Positions 14,201 to 37,045 of a DNA stretch of 64,000 bases are shown here, piece by piece (the first letter of the stretch is position 1; each line of letters opens with the position of its first letter). The stretch is from Camelus dromedarius. Lineage: Eukaryota. A program made the position numbers and the translations under genes. The stretch lies in contig NC_087469.1 in NCBI RefSeq assembly GCF_036321535.1, forward strand, positions 9,734,001-9,798,000. The letters run 5' to 3'. The notes below the pieces were generated by a model. It made no database searches. It was not told the origin of the DNA and worked only from the letters and a program-made list of their open reading frames with translations.

Positions 14201-15825
14201 CACATGCGTAACCACGGTGAGTGGCCAGTCACCCCCATCCTCCTGGCCTGCCCTCCGAGGTTCCACTGGCCCTCAGATCACAGCCTGCTCTCTGCCCCTC
14301 TCAGTGAATCACTATAAGTGCCCTCTGTGCGACATGACCTGCCCGCTGCCATCCTCCCTCCGAAACCACATGCGCTTTCGCCATAGTGAGGACCGGCCCT
14401 TTAAATGTGACTGTTGTGACTACAGGTAAGGGGAAACAGGGCCCAGAGATCAGACTCAATTTCCAGGGTCCCCCATGCCCTCTAACCTTTACTTACCTCT
14501 CCCGGCAGCTGCAAGAATCTAATCGACCTCCGGAAGCACCTGGATACCCATAGCAAGGAGCCAGCCTACAGGTGTGATTTTGAGAACTGCACCTTCAGTG
14601 CCCGCTCGCTCTGCTCTATCAAGTCCCATTACCGAAAAGTGCATGAAGTGAGTGGGGCTGGTGGTAGGGAAGGGCCTGCAGAAGTGCGGGGGAGCCAGGA
14701 GGAGAAGCTGGCCTTACTCTCCCTCTGCTCCCCATCAGGGAGATTCAGAGCCAAGGTACAGATGCCACGTGTGTGACAAATGCTTCACAAGGGGCAACAG
14801 CCTCACTGTACACCTTCGCAAGAAGCACCAGTTCAAGTGGCCTTCAGGACACCCCCGTTTTCGGTATGTCTTTCAACAACCCCCTCCTTCCCACATTTTT
14901 CCCCATGCCATTCAACAATTTACAGACCTTGAATTTGATGATCCTTTGGTATCAACCATCTCCATTTAGGCTCAAGGAACCTTGAGAACAGTGGTTGGGC
15001 AAAGATTATTTTTCTGATTTTTGTTTTGAATCTAAGGCACGATGCCAAACCCAATAAATGATGCCAGAAGTCCTGCAGCCAGAACCAGAGCTAGGGCCTA
15101 AGGGTCCTGATCTGTAGCTCCATGGCCTTCTCATAAATCCTTTGACAATCCTACCATCCAACACAGATCATTTCTCTCCTTCCCCTCCCCTCCCCCTCCA
15201 TTTTGAGTAAGGATCCATCTTGCCTTTTCTTCTAAATATTCCAATAAAAATCTTTTTTGTCTTTTACCTCCATCACTTAGAATCCTAGGGCTTCTTCCTT
15301 CCCTCGTATTGTCTCCTACCTCACCAATCTCCAAGCCATTTCTGCCTCCCCCTGCCCGTGTTTGCTGCCCCCTGTGCTCCCCCTTCACCAGGTACAAGGA
15401 GCATGAAGACGGTTACATGCGGCTGCAGCTGGTTCGCTATGAGAGTGTAGAGCTGACCCAACAGCTACTGGGGCAGCCACAGGAGGGATCGGGCCTGGGA
15501 GCATCCCTGAATGAGAGCAGCCTGCAGGGGATCATTCTGGAAACAGTGCTGGGGGAGCCAGGACCTCAGGAAGAGGTGGAAGAGGCTGAAGAGGAAGAGG
15601 AAGGCGGGGGCAATGAGCGGGCATCCCTGGCAGCCTCTCAGGACACTCCCAGCCCTGTCATCCACATGGTGAATCAGACCAACACCCAAGGCGAACGAGG
15701 GATTGTCTACTATGTGCTGTCTGAAGCCCCGGGTGAGCCACCCCCCAGCCTCTGAGTCCCCCTCAGGGGGTGTCATGGAAAAGCTTCAGGGACTAGCTGA
15801 GGAGCCGGAAGTCCAGGTGATGTAA
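11293..15825 (+). CDS. HINFP: Histone H4 transcription factor HINFP (C2H2 zinc fingers); as assembled carries a +1 frameshift near the C-terminus
   Basis: Exons 11293-11461, 12674-12900, 13161-13272, 13452-13604, 14139-14216, 14305-14425, 14509-14647, 14739-14863, 15392-15825, all GT-AG and in phase. Starts [13 protein letters not shown]. The literal frame stops at 15753-15755 (495 aa); removing one C at 15741-15746 gives 518 aa ending EEPEVQVM*. Confidence 0.96.
13818..13947. other. Assembly gap (130 N), intronic in HINFP
   Basis: Run of N between the exons ending 13604 and starting 14139. Confidence 0.99.
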
Positions 15826-16361
15826 TGATGTAAAGGCTGCAGCGCCTGACCATTGCTACCCCCCAGGCGCGGGGTTTGAGCCCGGCTGGTGGCAGTACCC
15901 CTAGTGGGTCCAACAGATGCCTTAGGAGTGGTGCCGAGAGCAGTGTGGTCCACTCTGGACCCAGCTGGCATCATTTGGCAGACTGACGTCTTCCCATTTC
16001 TGCCACACCACGATTTGTGGGGATCCTGAGGAGTTTGGATTCTTTGAGGGGGGTACCCTAGTTGTGTGTGTTCTTGTAATGGGGTAGTGTCAGGCTTAAC
16101 CATAACCCCCTAGATGTGCGGGAACAGTGGTTAAAGTCCTTCAGCAGCTTGAATCCACTCCCATCTTTAGGGGACCCTAGGTCCAGGGATGACATGTAAC
16201 TGGTCCTTGCAAGGGCCCTTTCTTCACAACCATCCGAGGCGTCATCAACCAGGCAGTCGTTTCCGTCTAAATGGTTCTTCCTACAACCCCAAGAACTTAC
16301 ATGGTTATCCTCAGGGATGGCATTGGAGGCACTGAGCGTGTGCGTAACATTTGTTTTTGGT

Positions 16362-16367
16362 AATAAA
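16362..16367 (+). terminator. HINFP poly(A) signal
   Basis: AATAAA about 540 nt after the conserved stop. Confidence 0.7.
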
Positions 16368-17129
16368 AGAAACACTTGGGCTGTTACTCATTTCTTCTTC
16401 CTTACATTTGGTGGTATTGCCTAGGTAATGAGGAGATATGTCTGCCCAGATGACAAGCTGAATGATTAAGTTTGTTCCCCTTTTAGGGACTGGGATTTGT
16501 TTTTGTTTGAAACTGGCCTCTTGTTCCCTGCTCTCCCACCCCTGCCTTACCTTTGGTGAAACTTCTCTATTTCTTCTCGGAACATCTACCATCTCCGTGG
16601 AGGTCCCAGGCATAGGCCAGGAATGGGCAGTAGAACACTCTAGAGTGGGTAAGTGAGGCTCACCAGGAAGATAGGGCACCCCACCATGGCCACACTCTCT
16701 GAGTGCTGGTTAGACCCAGTGTCTCTGGGTTGGGGGTGGATGTGGAGGGAAGGGAAGGTACTCAGGGTCCAGGAACCAAGTTAGAAATGGTGTCTGGATG
16801 TGCATTTTCCTGGGGAAATGATCGTGGTTTTTTTTGTTTTGTTTTGTTTTGTTTTCATTAGATTCTCAAAGGGGTTGGAACCTTCAAAATAAGAACCTTC
16901 TTTTTTTGGCCTGTCCAGTCACTCCTTAGTGCCCTGTGTCTATTTTTAGTGTCTCTGACATTCTGAAGAGGTCAAGGAGATACTGTGAGGGGTCTTGTGT
17001 GGGCAGGAAGCTGCCACAAAAGGGTTTCTGGGCCTTCTTTTAAAAGACTAATGTGATTCTTACTGCAAAAACTGAGTGCCTATTGCTGAAAGAATCAAGG
17101 AAGAAAAGTCTCTTCATTCATTCCATCCA

Positions 17130-17690
17130 CCATTTACTGAGTTCCTCCTATAGTTCAGGCACTGTGACAGGTGTTAAGGATACAAAGATAAATAAACTTG
17201 AGGACCTGCCCTGGAGGGACTTGCAGTCCAGCAGTGAGGAAAGACCTAAATAAGTGGAATGAGAGGCCTGTCAGGGTTCACTTAGGAGGCTCAAAGTAGA
17301 AGCTGACAGTATTACTTGGGCAAGGGATCAGGAAGGGGCTTCATCAAGGAAGTGATTAGAGCTACTATCTACGAAGGGACGGGCAGGTTATTCCAGGCAG
17401 AGGAGACCAGGTCTATACACGAACCTAAAGGAGTGCTTTATGGTCTGAGCCCAGAAGGGCAGTAGGCCAAGGAGAGAGGCAAGACTGAGAAGGAAGGCAA
17501 AGCCACCCAAAAGGACTGTGTCAAGTTTTTAGAACGAGGGTTCTGGTGATGACGGGGAAAGTAAATCAGAAGAGTGCGAGAGCAAGCAGGTGCAAGTTAG
17601 GGGCTGCTGCAGGAATTCAGGCAGGAAATAGTGAGGGCTTGAGGGTGAAGTTGAGGTGGATGTTCACTTTGCCTCTGCAAGAACCCCTTC
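17130..17690 (-). mobile_element. L2 LINE fragment
   Basis: CATTCATTCCATCCACCATTTACTGAGTTCCTCCTAT...GACCTGCCCTGGAGGGACTTGCAGTCC, typical of the L2 3' end. Confidence 0.55.
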
Positions 17691-20600
17691 AAGAAATGGC
17701 AGTGTGGAGGAGAGAGGAAACGTGAATGAAGACGTCCCCAAAGTGGAGCCGCTGCATTTCTAGGCTTGTTTCTTTAGAACCCTGTACTAACTTTGTGACC
17801 CACACCTTGTTCCTCCACTCAGCACGTGTGTAATCCCACTTTCCCCACCAGGCCTTCAGGTAGTTGAACACGAGGGAGGCTTCTTTGGGCTAAGTACCCT
17901 CAGTCTCCTCTTAACCTCCTTGTATCGTATAGTTTGGGGTCTCCTCTCCACCCCACCTCCTCGGGGCCTGTGCTTTTGGTGGTCACGCTGTGCTCTCGGT
18001 TTATGGTGATGCCACTGCCCTCTAGAACCCCTCAGCCTTCACATGTCTCGTTACTGCCCAGAGCACGCTCCTTTGCTTTGGATGAGTGCAGTGGTTATCT
18101 TGCACTTAACAGCAGACCCTCGTGCTTGTCCTCATTTAGTTTTGTCTTGTTAGATTCGATTGACAGCTGTTCCCAAGTGGTAGGTTAAAAGGTTGACTGG
18201 AGCAGGGCCAGAGGCAGTCCCTCAAACGTAAGTGGCTAGAGACCTTTCTCCTAATCAAGACCAGAGGAAGACCGAGGGCTCTGAATCCTGAAAAGAGACT
18301 GGTGCCCCATTCTCTGTATAATTCAAAATGAAAATACTAAACCAGGAAGCATACAAGGAAGTTCAACATGATGATACTTACATATATATGAACTATCAAA
18401 TTCTGGTCTCAGTTTTTTCCTTTCATTTTTTGGTGTCTCTATTTTGCTGGTCTTTTAAGCAGTGGCTTGGTCTGCCCCTTGAGTAACCCAGCATTACTGG
18501 TGCCATCCATCTCTCAGCTGAGCAGTGCCTTCAGAATCAGGCTAGCACCCTGTGAACAGGGCCTTCCCTGCCAGTCTTATCAGTCATGCCCACACCAAAC
18601 CCCATTGCTCTCTCTGGACTATGGGGACAGCAGAAGATGTTCTGGCCTGCTACCACATGATTCCAGTTCTCCAGGAGGAGGGCATCCTGGGCTCTGTGTA
18701 CATGGGTTGGAAAATGCTGGATATTGAGTCTAAGCAGTCATTTTGGTGGGTCAGTGGAAGGATACTAGAGGTTGGGGGTGGGTAACCCTGGGTAGCAGAC
18801 CCCTGGAGGGAGAGGATGCCAGTACTAATTTGATTGCCTTAGAGTTTTATCTAGAGTCAGTCCCTGAGTCAGACACCATGGTATCTGAAGATTAAGGAGA
18901 CACTTAACTCTTCCTCGAAGGTGTGATGACAGGAGGAGAAGGCAGGTGGCCCAGGAATGTGGAAACTAATGCTGCTTTTGTCTTATTTGGGGCAAGTCTG
19001 CAACCTCAGAGAAGGGCGCAGAAGAGCTTAGTGGTTGTAAAATAAGTGATTCTCCAAGGTGAGAAGAGGGAGGAATAGTCATGGGCAGTAGTCATTTCTG
19101 TCAGATTATGACCTAGTGAGTGTAGCCTCTCAATGAACGGTAAATGAGTGAATGAATTTGCTCAAGATCGGGAATCCCACAGTGCACTTTGCGCATAAGG
19201 AGCATGCTCATTTCCCGTGCAGTAGAGGGGAAAGTTTTGGGGAGAGTGTGAAAACTTTTCATACTGTGCTAAAAAGCTTGAATTCTTGACTGAGCAAAGG
19301 CTATGGAAGACAGGCAGATAAACAAAGCTTGGAAAGGAATAGAGACACCCCTTCCTTCAAGTAGAGGGAGGGAGGGATGGGAAGGGATCAGATCCAGTTT
19401 GTAGGAAGTGTGAGGTGTGAGGGATTTCATGCCTGGCTGTCTCTATTTCCTTAATAAAGTAGGGATTAACATTATTGAGGGATAATCTGTTGGATTAAGG
19501 AGATTTATAAGAATTGTCAAGTTTTAGAAATGCCACTTATAGATATAGGAGTGAGATACATCACCTGACCACCCAGCTGAGGCTGAATACTGAGATCCAG
19601 CAGTGGCAGTTTCAACACAACCAGACACTTTTTTGTAGCAGATATGAGCACCCCTGAAGCAAAAGCAGAAAACAGACCACTGGGTTGATCTCAGCCATTG
19701 GGCCAAGGAGCAGGGTAATTAGAACATCCAGACGAGGGTCGTGACATCCACACTGGACAGGGAGGCCCTGGGAGACTGGTAGGGAAGATTAGAATCAAAT
19801 ACAGTGAGCCATGATCAGAAAGGGGGCATTTTTAAATGGAGCTATTTAAGAACCCAGAGTATGTCCACAAGGAAGTAGCCTGCTCAGTGGAGACTGAGAT
19901 CATTGGAGTAGCAAAGATCCAGGGAAATAAGGTGTTTTGAACACCTACGAGCAATGACTTTTCTACCTACCCTCCAGTGGAGTGGGCCCTGTGTTAGGAG
20001 CAGGGGAACAGGTCCCAGAGAAAAACTGGGCAGACACCTGGTCTGAGACTGCTTCCACGTAAAGGGTACCAAGGGGTGTGGTGGGAGTTTTGAGTTCTAG
20101 GGGAAGGGAAGATGGCAAGCTGAGACTGGGAGGTAAGAAGTGTGGGTTCTCAAGGAAAAAGAGACGGTGACTCTTGGGCAGAGTACCTTGGCATTCTGCA
20201 GCTTTGGCGAATCCCTCATTTTCTTTTTATCAAAAGGAAATGGCACTGCACAGCAGGAAAGAGATGGAGAAATAAATATTACTCTTTTAAAATATCCTTT
20301 GATGTGCTTGATTTTATTATATATGTTATATTCTTTTATTTTTAAACAATAAAGATTTTTGTTTGCAACAGCAGGGACTCTGCCTAGTGGGCACCCTCCA
20401 CTGCCTGGTGTCAGGTGCCTATAACCAACCATCTTTACTGCCTGACTCAGGAAAGGAAGACCTCCATCAGCCTTTATCCACCACTCACTCCCAGGCCCAG
20501 TCTGCATTCCCCCACGTGGCCAGCAGAGGGTCCTTCCATTGACAAATATACTTGAAAATCATTCTATCCAAAGATGAGACGTGAGAGATGTGGGCAAGGC

Positions 20601-21084
20601 AGGCACGGTGGACAAGGAACCTCAGGTGTTGGAAGCAGAACTGGGTCACTTACAAATTCCCCAGTCCAATTCCTTCCAGCTCCCATAGGACCCTGCTACC
20701 CACCTTTCTCCACAGGTCCATAAAGCTTACCACCTGCTTCTCCCACAAATCCCTGCTCAGAGCACCCTGTGTCTGCTAGATTAGCTCCCAGCACTAAGCT
20801 GAGACAGGAATTTTGCTTCTGCCTTGCTGCTCATAAGCCAATTATCATTAACCCTCACCTATGTGGGTCTAGGGAACCACCCCTGATGGAGACTGCCTAG
20901 ATGGTGGTGATGGGAGGAGGGGCGGTTCTGGGATGGGAATTGAGGAGAATTCTAGAAATAGGAGAGAATCTCAGGGAATGGAGATCTATATGAGAAAAAG
21001 GAGGGGTGGGTGTCCATCTGGGCATTGAGGAAAAGTCCATGTCAGAAGACTGAAAATTTGTTCTGAGGATAAGTCAAAGTGTGC

Positions 21085-21245
21085 CCCCAGACTAGCAGCA
21101 TCAGCATCACCTAAGGACTTAATAGAGATGCAAATTCTATGGCCCCACCCCAGATACTGAATCAGAAACTCTGGGACTGGGCCCAGTGATCTGCGTTGTA
21201 AGAACTCCAGGGTATGCTCATGTATGCTAAGCTTGGGAACCACCG
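21085..21245. mobile_element. MER5-like hAT non-autonomous DNA transposon
   Basis: CAGCATCAGCATCACC...AGAGATGCAAATTCT...GGCCCCACCCCAGATACTGAATCAGAAACTCTGGG. Related pieces near 10200-10335 and 22500-22665. Confidence 0.65.
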
Positions 21246-21904
21246 CTCTCAAGTTACGAGGTTTCTTCCAGGAGTTAGAGGTATGCATTCCGGGGAACCA
21301 AAGATCAGTCTGGAGGGATATGTGAATGGAGTTGGTATCTCTAAGAATGGGGAAGGTCTGTCCTAGGTTGACCTCTAGAAGGTTGGAAAGCTTTTATATC
21401 TTAGAATGGGAAGAGGTCTGTTCAGGGGACTGGAGCCAAATCTGCTTCATAAAATAGTATGGTGACACTATTAGGGATCAAGGAAGTTTGACAGTAGATC
21501 AAGTCATGGTTTAGGATCATGTAGTCTTGGATTTGGATCCCTGGATCCATTACATGAGTTGTGTGACCTCATACTTGTACTTAACATTTCTGAGCTTCAG
21601 TTTCCTTATCTGAAACATGGGAGGATAATACTGGCCTCATAAAGCTGTTGTTAGAACTGGTTGGACTGTTTAGTCAACAAATATCTATAGAGGAGTTTTT
21701 CTGTGTACAAGTTCTGGAAATTCAGAGGAGAAAGGGACAGACCTAACTCTCTATCTCTGTGCTGGGCACCTAGCATACAGCAGGCATTCAATAAATGCAA
21801 CTGCCCCTACTTTGCTAAGGAAATCGGAGATTCTTCTGGGGGAAATGAAATGACCCTAAACCAAGGTAAGTTTGACCTGAAGAGTAAGGATGTATGATCT
21901 GTTC

Positions 21905-22161
21905 TTTTTTTTTTTTTTTAATTGAAGTATAGTCAGTTACAATGTGTCAATTTCTGGTATACAGCACAATGTCCCAGTCATGCATATGCATACATATATT
22001 CAGTTTCATATTCTTTTTCATTAAAGGTTATTACAAGATAGTGAATATAGTTCCCTGTGCTATACAGAAGAAATTTGTTTTTTTAATCTATTTTTATATA
22101 CAGTGGCTAACATTTGCAAATCTCAAACTCCCAAATTTATTCCTTCCCATCCCCTTTCCCC
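21905..22161 (-). mobile_element. 5'-truncated L1 (3' end only)
   Basis: Poly(T) 21905-21919 then AATTGAAGTATAGTCAGTTACAATGTGTC (L1 3' UTR antisense). Imperfect 10-bp TSD TGATCTGTTC (21895-21904) / TGATCTGGTC (22162-22171). Confidence 0.8.
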
Positions 22162-24149
22162 TGATCTGGTCTGCTCCTGAGAAAAAAATTATCTATTGCT
22201 AAGCACTTGGACACTTGACTCATAAGAACCTTTTGAGACAGATATGTGGGGTTTTTTCATCCCCATTACATGGATGAGGCTTGGAGAGGTGGAGAAATTT
22301 GTACAGAACTAGGAAGAGCATCAAGGTTAGAATGCAAATCTTCCCACTCCAAATTCAGGACATGGGAGATTTGTTCACAAAATGGGGATAGGGTGTCCTG
22401 TGTCCCAGAGAGTCGGGAGGCCTGTTGCAGGGAAGAGAGAGGCCTTTAGTGAGTACATGGCGGGCATTCTAACCCAGACATTCTAATGGAGAGTTCATCT
22501 AGGGCAGTGGCTCTCAACTTTACCTACTCAGTGGATCAGTTGGGGAGATTTAAAAAATACTAATGCCTTAGAGATCAGAATGAACTGGTTTGGAATGTCA
22601 TCTAAACAACTTTTGAAAGTCCCCAAGTGATGCTGACTCTCAGCCAAGGCTGAGGACTACTGCTCTGGGGCATGGAGTGTGAATCCCACAGTGGGAAACT
22701 GATAGAAGATTTGAAATGTTGGTCTCTGAAGTTGGGGAAGGCTGTCCTTGAGGAATGGGGACAGGGTGTTCCTAAGGAAGGGAAGGAAATTTTCCCGAGA
22801 ATTGCAAAGTTGTATGCCAGGGAATGGAGGAGAGTGTCATTATGCTATCCAAGGAAGTTATCTTGAGAGAATGAAGAGCCTGTCTAGGAGCCTGACTAGA
22901 GGGAGACAGTCCATTTGGGAATAGGGTTCCATGAGGCCTCAGAGCAGAGGAGGTAAAAGCAAGGACTTTAGGGGTCAAGTCCTATTCGGCTACCAACCAG
23001 ATGTGTCCTCTTGGGCACATTGCTCAGCCTCCCTATGCCTCAGTTTTTTCATCTCTAACGGGAGGTTGTAATACCTGCCTCATAGGGATATTGTCAGAAT
23101 TAAATGAGATAATACAACTGTTGAGGATGGGGAGTCTGTAGGTAGGAGCACTGGGGGTTAAGTTGGAGAATGGAAGGTTCTGAGGAACGGTGGTGACTGC
23201 TGATGTGGGGCATGGGGTAGGGGAAAGGCAGAGAGGGCTGGATCCAAAATCTGTAAAAGTCACAGCGTGGGGCCTGGAGATACCCTGCAGGGGCCGCCAG
23301 CCTCCAGGCTACAGAGACACGGGCGGAGGTGGGGGGACCAGCGGAGGAGAGGTTTGACTGCTAGTAACCTCTCAAGTGCTGCAGTAAGGAGAAGCCTCAG
23401 CCGTGGCAGCAGCGCCAGCAGCCTCCCCTCCCCTCCGTCACTGCTGTGTGACAGGTGGGAACTTAAAAGTTCAGGTCACGTGTCTCAGCTGGTTAACCTA
23501 CTTACCTCTTGAAGACTGGGGCCGGGGCAGGCAGGGGCCAAGAGGAATTGCCTGAAAAAGGAGCAGAGCAGGGGAAAGCCCCAAGAGTGCTCTGGGGACC
23601 TACGTTTGAAGGCTTGTGGGGTGAGGGAGAGAATGCACACATGTGTGAAAAGATACCAAAGTCAGTACCTGGGAGCCCCGCACATGCCCTGGCACACATG
23701 TGCCTCCAGCATCAGGCATTGCTTGTCTTAAAGGGCCGAATTTACCCGAGAAAATATTTCTACAGTTGGAGCAGGTTGAGCTCTGGGTACCAGTTTAACT
23801 TTGGAGCTGCCTGCAAGCTCTCCCAAAGCTGCCTCCCTTTTTAACTAGTCTCCTTACCCTTAGAGAGGGAAAGGAGAGACATGGGGTGGGGGTGTGGAGA
23901 GGGAGGAGGATGTCTCAAGACTCTTGCTTTCAGAGTCTTTTTATGTATTTTGGGGATGCTCCAGGGGAAACCTGAAGTCAAGGGCCAGAACTGAGGGAAA
24001 TTGCTGGAGGGAGAAGTGCAGACAGGCTGACAGCTCCACAATCCTTCTAGAGTGATAAAATTCTGCACCCCAATCCCCCTCCCCCACCACCTTTGTCTAG
24101 TCTCTAATCCAGGGACCCATCTCCGCTGAGTGACTTCAGTTCTCCTCTC

Positions 24150-25311
24150 CTCTCGTTTCCTTGGAACGGCTCCAAGTCGGCCGTTCGCTACCAATCTCCA
24201 GTCCTAGGTCCACAACTGCACCCGCTCTGGCCGCCGCCTCGCAGGCGCGGCTCTCTTGCCATCCTCGCCCACCGCGAGCTGCGGGGCGGTGCGGGCCCTT
24301 TAAGAATAGCGGGACCGGCGAGCAGCAGCCTGGAGAAGAGCACAGCCGCCCAGAGGGTTCCGAAGAACACAGCGCCGAGGACCGGGCTCAGGGAACCGAA
24401 TGTGCGGGGTCAAGTTGAGTCCGCGCGAGCCCCAATCGCCCCTCCCCAATCTTGTCATCTCTATTCTGACCTGAGGCCCGGGCCCTCCCCTGTCTCCCGC
24501 CCCACCCCGGCCCCGCCCCGGCCCAGCCGCCGGGACCGGGAGCCGGGACGCCGGTGCCGCAGCCGAAGGCAGGTAAGGAGGACCTGGAATCTCCATCCCG
24601 GGCCCGTGGCAGCGCTAAGCATCTCGGCTCCGCAACCGCCCGGGGGCGCGTCAAGGTGACTAGGCAAGCAGGAGATGGGAGGAGTTGAGCCCGCCAGGGG
24701 GTCTCAGTTGGTGGTGGGGGCTCTGAGTCCCAGCGGTGAGCCTGTCTTTGTGGAGAGTCCGGGGAGCGCGGGCCCAGGGGCGCCGGCGGGAGGGGCCGAG
24801 AAGGGCGTTGTGCCCAGGGATGGGGAGGGGGACGCAGCGCGAGGCCCAGAGCCTCCTCTGCCTCCGCCTTCCCCAGGTCCACCCTGCGCTCGTCCAGCTA
24901 TCCTGACCTCAGCGGGCAGCCTCCGCCAGTCGCCCCTATCGTCCTCCCCGCCTCCCCCTCCCCCGCCCCCCAACCAGTTCCCAGGGGCTGCTGGCCTGCG
25001 GGGTAAGGAGATTAGAGCCACCGTAGGGAGGAGGGAGCGGGTAAGGGCTTCGAGGGGCCGAGCTGGGGCCAGGCTGAGGCTGAGGCTGCCCGGGACGGAG
25101 GAGAGGTCGGGTTGTTGCGCCGGGAGTGAGGGTTGGGGGAAGATAGATGCTCTCGCGGTGGGATGTGAAGTGCTCCCAGTACCCTATCTACCCCGAGAAG
25201 GAAGCGGGGATTGAAGGCAAGGGCAGCATTAGAAAGCAAGGGAGTTCCGAGTCGGGGATTGGAGGTCTGCCCCACACTGAACAGGCCCTCTCCTTGCAGG
25301 CCGGCGGCGTG
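24150..25311 (+). promoter_or_regulatory. ABCG4: ABCG4 CpG-island promoter and non-coding exon 1 (donor after 24572)
   Basis: CpG-rich, multiple GC boxes, donor CAG|GTAAGG at 24572/24573, acceptor TTGCAG|G at 25299/25300. Confidence 0.75.
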
Positions 25312-35536
<10,225 letters not shown>

Positions 35537-37039
35537 AGCTTTGCCCTGGCCTGCGCCCCAGCCCCCGCAGCAGGAAGCCCCCAGCCCCAGGCCTCTGGGA
35601 CTGTTTTAACCTTGTAGACTTGGGCACTGGTTGCTGGTGCAGCCGCCCTCCCTTCTCTCAGATCCTCCACAGGCTGGCTGTCAGACTGCGCCCCAAGCCT
35701 TGGCCCTGGGGGTGGGGGCGCCAGGGCCTCCCTTCCATGCCCTGGAGTTTTCTCAAGTTGATGCGGTTTGTAGCTTCCTCCCTACTCTCTCCAACGTCTG
35801 CATGCGGAGACCACTAGGAGGCCGCCACCATCCTTCCTGCCCTCGGCACCCTCCTCTGTTGTCTGCCTGGGAGCCCCAGGCTCTCCAGGCCCCCTCTTAC
35901 AACTGACCAAAGTGGTCCCCTCTGGGGGTCCCCACCACACAAGTATTTGTAAACTGGGCTGTTATAAGGTTGAGGTTCCAGGGCTGGGCCCTGGCAGGGT
36001 CCCCTGGATGTCCCATTTGGACATTGGAACAGAGCAGGGAAGGGCTCTGGAAGTTTCTTCCTCCTCACCTCTCCCTGCCCCCAGACCTGGGCTGATTTGG
36101 ACAATCTGTTGGGACAGAAGCTGGGTTTTCTGTCTGGGTCATCCCTCCCAATCCTGGGGATTGGAGAGGCCTGGCGCCATGGGCTGTCCCTGTCACCTCC
36201 CTGTCACCTCTGGTGGGGGCCGGGCCTGTGGCATCTCTGCAATAATGTCTGTGTGTCTCTCTCACCTGCCTCTGAAACTGGAGATCGCACTTTATCCTGG
36301 GGGGTGAGTAGGAGAAGACCCGAGCCTCCTTTCTCGCTGCTCACCAGTCCTGCAATGCTCCGTCCCCTCTCCAGAGTTCCAGGCATATACATGCGAACAG
36401 GCAATCTTGGCCCTACACACACTCGCTGTCCCCCTGTGGCTCAGAGGAAGAGTGATGGTGGTGTGTGGTGGTGGGTGCTGCGGGAGGGCAGGGCCAGCCC
36501 CCTCCTGGGGATCCTGCTTTGACTCTAAGGATGAGGCTGGTGCTGCCTGGGGCATCTCTAGGATCTGCAGGTGTCTATCCCCCAGTCTTCCCTCCCTCCC
36601 AAGCTCAGGGTGGCACGGGGCACCAGCTCCCTGGAGTTCAGGACCCAACACAAGCACAAGCATGAGCATTAGTTGGACTTGGCCACTGCCACCCTATGGC
36701 TCTTCTTTTGTGCGTCAAGCTGGCATTCTCACTCTCCCACCCCTTCCACGGCCACTCGCTGCTCATTCAAACTCTTGTCCTTGTCTCTCCACCTGCTTCC
36801 TTTCAGCCAAGGTGGTCCCTGGGCATCAGAGCAGCATGCCCTGGGCACGAGGGAGAGAGACACACTTAGAACATGTCTAGCTTTCCTGGGATGGTCCAGG
36901 CTCATTCTTCTTCTGATTTCCCCTTCCCCCAGGGCTCTTTTCCCTCCTTATTCCTGTACACATACCTTCCCCACCCTGCCACGGATTCTCCCCATCACAC
37001 AAAGATGCCAGTTGTATGTGTGGGATTTCACCCATTATT

Positions 37040-37045
37040 AATAAA
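37040..37045 (+). terminator. ABCG4 poly(A) signal
   Basis: AATAAA followed by a GU-rich tract (TGTGTACATGTGTGTG), about 1.5 kb after the stop. Confidence 0.75.
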
